DNA of 64,000 bases, from NCBI RefSeq assembly GCF_009914755.1, contig NC_060925.1, one strand, 5' to 3'. Position 1 is the stretch's first letter. Each line of letters starts with the position of its first letter. The position numbers and the translations under genes are program-made. Source of the DNA: the human T2T-CHM13v2.0 reference genome, Homo sapiens. This document shows positions 29,001 to 40,501 of this stretch, piece by piece. The notes beneath the pieces are model-generated. The model searched no databases, had not been told where the DNA came from, and saw only the letters and a list, made by a program, of their open reading frames with translations.

Positions 29001-31959
29001 ATGGAATCAACATCCAACGGAAAAAAACGGAATTATCGAATGGAATCGAAGAGAATCATCGAATGGACCCGAATGGAATCATGTAATGGAATGCAATGGA
29101 ATAATCCATGGACTCGAATGCAATCATCATCGAATGGAATCGAATGGAATCATCGAATGGACTCGTATGGAATAATCATTGAACGGAATCGAATGGAATC
29201 ATCATCGGATGGAAATGAATGGAATCATCATCGAATGGAATCGAATAGAATTATGGAATGAAATCCAGTGTGATCATCATCGAATGGACCCGAATGGAAT
29301 CATCATCCAACGGAAGCTAATGGAATCAACATCGAATGAATCAAATGGAAACACCATCGAATTGAAACGAATGGAATTATCATGAAATTGAAATGGATGG
29401 ACTCATCATCGAATGGATTAATGGAATCATCGAATAAAATTGATTGAAATCATCATCGAATGGAATCGAATGGTATCATTGAATGGAATCGAATGGAATC
29501 ATCATCAGATGGAAATGAATGGAATCGTCATAGAATGGAATCGAATGGATTCATTGAATGGAATCAGATGGAATCATCGAATGGACTGGAATGGAATCAT
29601 TGAATGGACTCGAAAGGGATCATGATTGAATGGAATTGAATGGAATCATCGAATGGTCTCGATTGGAATCATTATCAAATGGAATCGAATGGAATCACCG
29701 AATAGAATCGAATGGAACAATCATCGAATGGACTCAAATGGAATTATCCTCAAATGGAATCGAATGGAATTATCGAATGCAATCGAATGGAATTATCGAA
29801 TGCAATCGAATAGAATCATCGAATGGACTCGAATGGAATCATCGAATGGAATGGAATGGAACAGTCAATGAACTCGAATGGAATCATCATTGAATGGAAT
29901 CGAATGGAATCATCGAGTGGAATCGAATGGAATTATGATCAAATGGAATCGAATGTAATCATCATCAAATGGAATCAAAAATAACCATCATCAATTGGTA
30001 TTGAATGGAATTGTCATCAAATGGAATTCAAAGGAATCATCATCAAATGGAACCGAATGGAATCCTCATTGAATGGAAATGAAAGGGGTCATCATCTAAT
30101 GGAATCGCATGGAATCATCATCAAATGGAATCGAATGGAATCACCATCAAATGGAATCTAATGGAATCATTGAACAGAATTGAATGGAATCGTCATCGAA
30201 TGAATTGAATGCAATCATCGAATGGTCTCGAATGGATTCATCTTCTAATGGAAAGGAATGGAATCATCGCATAGAATCGAATGGAATTATCATCGAATGG
30301 AATCGAATGGTATCAACACCAAACGGAAAAAAACGGAATTATCGAATGGAATCGAAGAGAATCTTCGAACGGACCCGAATGGAATCATCTAATGGAATGG
30401 AATGGAATAATCCATGGACTCGAATGCAATCATCATCGAATGGAATCGAATGGAATCATCGAATGGACTCGAATGGAATAATCATTGAACGGAATCGATT
30501 GGAATCATCATCGGATGGAAACGAATGGAATCATCATCGAATGGAAATGAAAGGAGTCATCATCTAATGGAATTGCATGGAATCATCATAAAATGGAATC
30601 GAATGGAATCAACATCAAATGGAATCAAATGGAATCATTGAACGGAATTGAATGGAATCGTCATCGAATGAATTGACTGCAATCATCCAATGGTCTCGAA
30701 TGGAATCATCTTCAAATGGAATGGAATGGAATCATCGCATAGAATCGAATGGAATTATCATCGAATGGAATCGAAGGGAATCAACATCCAACGGAAAAAA
30801 ACGGAATTATCGAATGGAATCGAAGAGAATCATCGAATGGACCCGAATGGAATCATGTAATGGAATGGAAAGGAATAATCCATGGACTCGAATGCAATCA
30901 TCATCGAATGGAATCGAATGGAATCATCGAATGGACTCGAATGGAATAATCATTGAACGGAATCGAATGGAATCATCATCGGATGGAAATGAATGGAATC
31001 ATCATCGAATGGAATCGAATAGAATTATGGAATGAAATCCAGTGTGATCATCATCGAATGGACCCGAATGGAATCATCATCCAACGGAAGCTAATGGAAT
31101 CAACATCGAATGAATCAAATGGAAACACCATCGAATTGAAACGAATGGAATTATCATGAAATTGAAATGGATGGACTCATCATCGAATGGATTCGAAAGG
31201 AATCATCGAATAAAATTGATTGAAATCATCATCGAATGGAATCGAATGGTATCATTGAATGGAATCGAATGGAATCATCATCAGATGGAAATGAATGGAA
31301 TCGTCATAGAATGGAATCGAATGGTTTCATTGAATGGAATCAGATGGAATCATCGAATGGACTGGAATGGAATCATTGAATGGACTCGATAGGGATCATT
31401 ATTGAATGGAATTGAATGGAATCATCGAATGGTCTCGATTGGAATCATTATCAAATGGAATCGTATGGAATCACCGAATAGAATCGAATGGAACAATCAT
31501 CGAATGGACTCAAATGGAATTATCCTCAAATGGAATCGAATGGAATTATCGAATGCAATCGAATGGAATTATCGAATGCAATCGAATAGAATCATCGAAT
31601 GGACTCGAATGGAATCATCGAATGGAATGGAATGGAACAGTCAATGAACTCGAATGGAATCATCATTGAATGGAATCGAATGGAATCATCGAGTGGAATC
31701 GAATGGAATTATGATCAAATGGAATCGAATGTAATCATCATCAAATGGAATCAAAAATAACCATCATCAATTGGTATTGAATGGAATTGTCATCAAATGG
31801 AATTCAAAGGAATCATCATCAAATGGAACCGAATGGAATCCTCATTGAATGGAAATGAAAGGGGTCATCATCTAATGGAATCGCATGGAATCATCATAAA
31901 ATGGAATCGAATGGAATCAACATCAAATGGAATCAAATGGAATCATTGAACGGAATTGA
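23082..31959 (+). repeat. Five near-canonical units (four 1776 bp, one 1774 bp)
   Basis: Markers at 23082, 24858, 26634, 28410, 30184 and 31960. A CG deletion (ggattaatgg versus ggattcgaatgg) lies at ~29419. Confidence 0.92.
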
Positions 31960-34307
31960 ATGGAATCGTCATCGAATGAATTGGATGCAATCATCGAATG
32001 GTCTCGAATGGAATCTTCTTCAAATGGAATGGAATGGAATCATCGCATAGAATCGAATGGAATTATCATCGAATGGAATCGAATGGAATCAACATCAAAC
32101 GGAAAAAAACGGAATTATCGAATGGAATCGAAGAGAATCATCGAATGGACCCGAATGGAATCATCTAATGGAATGGAATGGAATAATCCATGGACTCGAA
32201 TGCAATCATCATCAAATGGAATCGAATGGAATCATCGAATGAACTCGAATGAAATCATCATTGAATGGAATCGAATGGAATCATCGAGTGGAATCGAATG
32301 GAATTATGATCAAATGGAATCGAATGTAATCATCATCAAATGGAATCAAAAATAACCATCATCAATTGGTATTCAATGGAATTGTCATCAAATGGAATTC
32401 AAAGGAATCATCATCAAATGGAACCGAATGGAATCCTCATTGAATGGAAATGAAAGGGGTCATCATCTAATGGAATCACGTGGAATCATCATCAAATGGA
32501 ATCGAATGGAATCTTCATCAAATGGAATCTAATGGAATCATTGAACAGAATTGAATGGAATCGTCATCGAATGAATTGAATGCAATCATCGAATGGTCTC
32601 GAATGGAATCATCTTCTAATGGAAAGGAATGGAAACATCGCATAGAATCGAATGGAATTATCATCGAATGGAATCGAATGGTATCAACACCAAACGGAAA
32701 AAAACGGAATTATCGAAAGGAATCGAAGAGAATCTTCGAACGGACCCGAATGGAATCATCTAATGGAATGGAATGGAATAATCCATGGACTCGAATGCAA
32801 TCATCATCGAATGGAATCGAATGGAATCATCGAATGGACTCGAATGGAATAATCATTGAACGGAATCGAATGGAATCATCATCGGATGGAAATGAATGGA
32901 ATCATCATCGAATGGAATCGAATAGAATTATGGAATGAAATCCAGTGTGATCATCATCGAATGGACCCGAATGGAATCATCATCCAACAGAAGCTAATGG
33001 AATCAACATCGAATGAATCGAATGGAAACACCATCGAATTCAAACGAATGGAATTACCATGAAATTGAAATGGATGGACTCATCATCGAATGGATTCGGA
33101 TGGAATCATCGAATAAAATTGATTGAAATCATCATCGAATGAAATCGAATGGTATCATTGAATGGAATCGAATGGAATCATCATCAGATGGAAATGAATG
33201 GAATCGTCATAGAATGGAATCGAATGGATTCATTGAATGGAATCAGATGGAATCATCGAATGGACTGGAATGGAATCATTGAATGGACTCGAAAGGGATC
33301 ATGATTGAATGGAATTGAATGGAATCATCGAATGGTCTCGATTGGAATCATTATTAAATGGAATCGAATGGAATCACCGAATAGAATCGAATGGAACAAT
33401 CATCGAATGGACTCAAATGGAATTATCCTTAAATGGAATCGAATGGAATTATCGAATGCAATCGAATAGAATCATCGAATGGACTCGAATGGAATCATCG
33501 AATGGAATGGAATGGAACAGTCAATGAACTCGAATGGAATCATCATTGAATGGAATCGAATGGAATCATCGAGTGGAATCGAATGGAATTATGATCAAAT
33601 GGAATCGAATCTAATCATCATCAAATGGAATCAAAAATAACCATCATCAATTGGTATTGAATGGAATTGTCATCAAATGGAATTCAAAGGAATCATCATC
33701 AAATGGAACCGAATGGAATCCTCATTGAATGGAAATGAAAGGGGTCATCATCTAATGGAATCGCATGGAATCATCATCAAATGGAATCGAATGGAATCAT
33801 CATCAAATGGAATCTAATGGAATCATTGAACAGAATTGAATGGAATCGTCATCGAATGAATTGAATGCAATCATCGAATGGTCTCGAATGGAATCATCTT
33901 CTAATGGAAAGGAATGGAATCATCGCATAGAATCGAATGGAATTATCATCGAATGGAATCGAATGGTATCAACACCAAACGGAAAAAAACGGAATTATCG
34001 AATGGAATCGAAGAGAATCTTCGAACGGACCCGAATGGAATCATCTAATGGAATGGAATGGAATAATCCATGGACTCGAATGCAATCATCATCGAATGGA
34101 ATCGAATGGAATCATCGAATGGACTCGAATGGAATAATCATTGAACGGAATCGAATGGAATCATCATCGGATGGAAACGAATGGAATCATCATCGAATGG
34201 AAATGAAAGGAGTCATCATCTAATGGAATTGCATGGAATCATCATAAAATGGAATCGAATGGAATCAACATCAAATGGAATCAAATGGAATCATTGAACG
34301 GAATTGA

Positions 34308-34922
34308 ATGGAATCGTCATCGAATGAATTGACTGCAATCATCGAATGATCTCGAATGTAATCACATTCTAATGGAAAGGAATGGAATCATCGCATAGAA
34401 TCGAATGGAATTAACATTGAATGGACTCGAATGGAATCAACATCAAACGGAATCAAGCGGAATTATCGAATGGAATCGAAGAGAATCATCGAATGGTCTC
34501 GAATGGAATCATCTTCTAATGGAAAGGAATGGAATCATCGCATAGAATCGAATGGAATTAACATTGAATGGACTCGAATGGAATCAACATCAAATGGAAT
34601 CAAGCGGAATTATCGAATGAAATCGAAGAGAATCATCGAATGGACTCGAATGGAATCATCTAATGGAATGGAATGGAATAATCCACGGACTCGAATGCAA
34701 TCATCATCGTATAGAATCGAATGGAATCATCGAATGGACTCGAATGGAATAATCATTGAACGGAAGCGAATGGAATCATCATCGGATGGAAACGAATGGA
34801 ATCATCATCGAATGGAAATGAAAGGAGTCATCATCTAATGGAATTGCATGGAATCATCATAAAATGGAATCGAATGGAATCAAAATCAAATGGAATCAAA
34901 TGTAATCATTGAACGGAATTGA
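34308..34922 (+). repeat. Divergent 615-bp extra subrepeat (468 bp plus an internal 147-bp tandem duplication), copy 1
   Basis: ttaacattgaatggactcg at 34411 and 34558 (147 apart). ggaatcaagcgg replaces ggaaaaaaacgg, and there are many other variants absent from canonical units. Confidence 0.9.
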
Positions 34923-37900
34923 ATGGAATCGTCATCGAATGAATTGACTGCAATCATCGAATGGTCTCGAATGGAATCATCTTCAAATGGAATGGAATGG
35001 AATCATCGCATAGAATCGAATGGAATTATCATCGAATGGAATCGAATGGAATCAACATCAAACGGAAAAAAACGGAATTATCGAATGGAATCGAAGAGAA
35101 TCATCGAATGGACCCGAATGGAATCATCTAATGGAATGGAATGGAATAATCCATGGACTCGAATGCAATCATCATCGAATGGAATCGAATGGAATCATCG
35201 AATGGACTCGAATGGAATAATCATTGAACGGAATCGAATGGAATCATCATCGGATGGAAATGAATGGAATCATCATCGAATGGAATCGAATAGAATTATG
35301 GAATGAAATCCAGTGTGATCATCATCGAATGGACCCGAATGGAATCATCATCCAACGGAAGCTAATGGAATCAACATCGAATGAATCGAATGGAAACACC
35401 ATCGAATTGAAACGAATGGAATTATCATGAAATTGAAATGGATGGACTCATCATCGAATGGATTCGAAAGGAATCATCGAATAAAATTGATTGAAATCAT
35501 CATCGAATGGAATCGAATGGTATCATTGAATGGAATCGAATGGAATCATCATCAGATGGAAATGAATGGAATCGTCATAGAATGGAATCGAATGGTTTCA
35601 TTGAATGGAATCAGATGGAATCATCGAATGGACTGGAATGGAATCATTGAATGGACTCGATAGGGATCATTATTGAATGGAATTGAATGGAATCATCGAA
35701 TGGTCTCGATTGGAATCATTATCAAATGGAATCGTATGGAATCACCGAATAGAATCGAATGGAACAATCATCGAATGGACTCAAATGGAATTATCCTCAA
35801 ATAGAATCGAATGGAATTATCGAATGCAATCGAATGGAATTATCGAATGCAATCGAATAGAATCATCGAATGGACTCGAATGGAATCATCGAATGGAATG
35901 GAATGGAACAGTCAATGAACTCGAATGGAATCATCATTGAATGGAATCGAATGGAATCATCGAGTGGAATCGAATGGAATTATGATCAAATGGAATCGAA
36001 TGTAATCATCATCAAATGGAATCAAAAATAACCATCATCAATTGGTATTGAATGGAATTGTCATCAAATGGAATTCAAAGGAATCATCATCAAATGGAAC
36101 CGAATGGAATCCTCATTGAATGGAAATGAAAGGGGTCATCATCTAATGGAATCGCATGGAATCATCATAAAATGGAATCGAATGGAATCAACATCAAATG
36201 GAATCAAATGGAATCATTGAACGGAATTGAATGGAATCGTCATCGAATGAATTGGATGCAATCATCGAATGGTCTCGAATGGAATCTTCTTCAAATGGAA
36301 TGGAATGGAATCATCGCATAGAATCGAATGGAATTATCATCGAATGGAATCGAATGGAATCAACATCAAACGGAAAAAAACGGAATTATCGAATGGAATC
36401 GAAGAGAATCATCGAATGGACCCGAATGGAATCATCTAATGGAATGGAATGGAATAATCCATGGACTCGAATGCAATCATCATCAAATGGAATCGAATGG
36501 AATCATCGAATGAACTCGAATGAAATCATCATTGAATGGAATCGAATGGAATCATCGAGTGGAATCGAATGGAATTATGATCAAATGGAATCGAATGTAA
36601 TCATCATCAAATGGAATCAAAAATAACCATCATCAATTGGTATTCAATGGAATTGTCATCAAATGGAATTCAAAGGAATCATCATCAAATGGAACCGAAT
36701 GGAATCCCCATTGAATGGAAATGAAAGGGGTCATCATCTAATGGAATCACGTGGAATCATCATCAAATGGAATCGAATGGAATCTTCATCAAATGGAATC
36801 TAATGGAATCATTGAACAGAATTGAATGGAATCGTCATCGAATGAATTGAATGCAATCATCGAATGGTCTCGAATGGAATCATCTTCTAATGGAAAGGAA
36901 TGGAAACATCGCATAGAATCGAATGGAATTATCATCGAATGGAATCGAATGGTATCAACACCAAACGGAAAAAAACGGAATTATCGAAAGGAATCGAAGA
37001 GAATCTTCGAACGGACCCGAATGGAATCATCTAATGGAATGGAATGGAATAATCCATGGACTCGAATGCAATCATCATCGAATGGAATCGAATGGAATCA
37101 TCGAATGGACTCGAATGGAATAATCATTGAACGGAATCGAATGGAATCATCATCGGATGGAAATGAATGGAATCATCATCGAATGGAATCGAATAGAATT
37201 ATGGAATGAAATCCAGTGTGATCATCATCGAATGGACCCGAATGGAATCATCATCCAACAGAAGCTAATGGAATCAACATCGAATGAATCGAATGGAAAC
37301 ACCATCGAATTCAAACGAATGGAATTACCATGAAATTGAAATGGATGGACTCATCATCGAATGGATTCGGATGGAATCATCGAATAAAATTGATTGAAAT
37401 CATCATCGAATGAAATCGAATGGTATCATTGAATGGAATCGAATGGAATCATCATCAGATGGAAATGAATGGAATCGTCATAGAATGGAATCGAATGGAT
37501 TCATTGAATGGAATCAGATGGAATCATCGAATGGACTGGAATGGAATCATTGAATGGACTCGAAAGGGATCATGATTGAATGGAATTGAATGGAATCATC
37601 GAATGGTCTCGATTGGAATCATTATTAAATGGAATCGAATGGAATCACCGAATAGAATCGAATGGAACAATCATCGAATGGACTCAAATGGAATTATCCT
37701 TAAATGGAATCGAATGGAATTATCGAATGCAATCGAATAGAATCATCGAATGGACTCGAATGGAATCATCGAATGGAATGGAATGGAACAGTCAATGAAC
37801 TCGAATGGAATCATCATTGAATGGAATCGAATGGAATCATCGAGTGGAATCGAATGGAATTATGATCAAATGGAATCGAATCTAATCATCATCAAATGGA

Positions 37901-38578
37901 ATCAAAAATAACCATCATCAATTGGTATTGAATGGAATTGTCATCAAATGGAATTCAAAGGAATCATCATCAAATGGAACCGAATGGAATCCTCATTGAA
38001 TGGAAATGAAAGGGGTCATCATCTAATGGAATCGCATGGAATCATCATCAAATGGAATCGAATGGAATCATCATCAAATGGAATCTAATGGAATCATTGA
38101 ACAGAATTGAATGGAATCGTCATCGAATGAATTGAATGCAATCATCGAATGGTCTCGAATGGAATCATCTTCTAATGGAAAGGAATGGAATCATCGCTTA
38201 GAATCGAATGGAATTATCATCGAATGGAATCGAATGGTATCAACACCAAACGGAAAAAAACGGAATTATCGAATGGAATCGAAGAGAATCTTCGAACGGA
38301 CCCGAATGGAATCATCTAATGGAATGGAATGGAATAATCCATGGACTCGAATGCAATCATCATCGAATGGAATCGAATGGAATCATCGAATGGACTCGAA
38401 TGGAATAATCATTGAACGGAATCGAATGGAATCATCATCGGATGGAAACGAATGGAATCATCATCGAATGGAAATGAAAGGAGTCATCATCTAATGGAAT
38501 TGCATGGAATCATCATAAAATGGAATCGAATGGAATCAACATCAAATGGAATCAAATGGAATCATTGAACGGAATTGA

Positions 38579-39193
38579 ATGGAATCGTCATCGAATGAAT
38601 TGACTGCAATCATCGAATGATCTCGAATGTAATCACATTCTAATGGAAAGGAATGGAATCATCGCATAGAATCGAATGGAATTAACATTGAATGGACTCG
38701 AATGGAATCAACATCAAACGGAATCAAGCGGAATTATCGAATGGAATCGAAGAGAATCATCGAATGGTCTCGAATGGAATCATCTTCTAATGGAAAGGAA
38801 TGGAATCATCGCATAGAATCGAATGGAATTAACATTGAATGGACTCGAATGGAATCAACATCAAATGGAATCAAGCGGAATTATCGAATGAAATCGAAGA
38901 GAATCATCGAATGGACTCGAATGGAATCATCTAATGGAATGGAATGGAATAATCCACGGACTCGAATGCAATCATCATCGTATAGAATCGAATGGAATCA
39001 TCGAATGGACTCGAATGGAATAATCATTGAACGGAAGCGAATGGAATCATCATCGGATGGAAACGAATGGAATCATCATCGAATGGAAATGAAAGGAGTC
39101 ATCATCTAATGGAATTGCATGGAATCATCATAAAATGGAATCGAATGGAATCAAAATCAAATGGAATCAAATGTAATCATTGAACGGAATTGA
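38579..39193 (+). repeat. Divergent 615-bp extra subrepeat, copy 2
   Basis: Same sequence as 34308-34922, displaced by 4271 bp. Confidence 0.9.
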
Positions 39194-40501
39194 ATGGAAT
39201 CGTCATCGAATGAATTGACTGCAATCATCGAATGGTCTCGAATGGAATCATCTTCAAATGGAATGGAATGGAATCATCGCATAGAATCGAATGGAATTAT
39301 CATCGAATGGAATCGAATGGAATCAACATCAAACGGAAAAAAACGGAATTATCGAATGGAATCGAAGAGAATCATCGAATGGACCCGAATGGAATCATCT
39401 AATGGAATGGAATGGAATAATCCATGGACTCGAATGCAATCATCATCGAATGGAATCGAATGGAATCATCGAATGGACTCGAATGGAATAATCATTGAAC
39501 GGAATCGAATGGAATCATCATCGGATGGAAATGAATGGAATCATCATCGAATGGAATCGAATAGAATTATGGAATGAAATCCAGTGTGATCATCATCGAA
39601 TGGACCCGAATGGAATCATCATCCAACGGAAGCTAATGGAATCAACATCGAATGAATCGAATGGAAACACCATCGAATTGAAACGAATGGAATTATCATG
39701 AAATTGAAATGGATGGACTCATCATCGGATGGATTCGAATGGAATCATCGAATAAAATTGATTGAAATCATCATCCAATGGAATCGAATGGTATCATTGA
39801 ATGGAATCGAATGGAATCATCATCAGATGGAAATGAATGGAATCGTCATAGAATGGAATCGAATGGATTCATTGAATGGAATCAGATGGAATCATCGAAT
39901 GGACTGGAATGGAATCATTGAATGGACTCGAAAGGGATCATGATTGAATGGAATTGAATGGAATCATCGAATGGTCTCGATTGGAATCATTATCAAATGG
40001 AATCGAATGGAATCACCGAATAGAATCGAATGGAACAATCATCGAATGGACTCAAATGGAATTATCCTCAAATGGAATCGAATGGAATTATCGAATGCAA
40101 TCGAATGGAATTATCGAATGCAATCGAATAGAATCATCGAATGGACTCGAATGGAATCATCGAATGGAATGGAATGGAACAGTCAATGAACTCGAATGGA
40201 ATCATCATTGAATGGAATCGAATGGAATCATCGAGTGGAATCGAATGGAATTATGATCAAATGCAATCGAATGTAATCCTCATCAAATGGAATCAAAAAT
40301 AACCATCATCAATTGGTATTGAATGGAATTGTCATCAAATGGAATTCAAAGGAATCATCATCAAATGGAACCGAATGGAATCCTCATTGAATGGAAATGA
40401 AAGGGGTCATCATCTAATGGAATCGCATGGAATCATCATCAAATGGAATCGAATGGAATCATCATCAAATGGAATCTAATGGAATCATTGAACAGAATTG
40501 A

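Larger units (their letters stand above)
31118..39727 (+). repeat. 4271-bp tandem duplication (two copies) built of 595-, 1285- and 2391-bp variant units
   Basis: Paired landmarks all 4271 apart: 31960/36231, 32555/36826, 33840/38111, 34431/38702 and 34923/39194. Rare variants are shared (ttggatgc, ggaaacatcg, tcacgtgg, ctcgataggg). Confidence 0.93.

Noticed and set aside
34308-34922. Possible mobile-element insertion at the divergent block
   Set aside because: The block is collinear with the 468-bp subrepeat. It has no target-site duplication, poly(A) tail, terminal repeats or non-satellite sequence.
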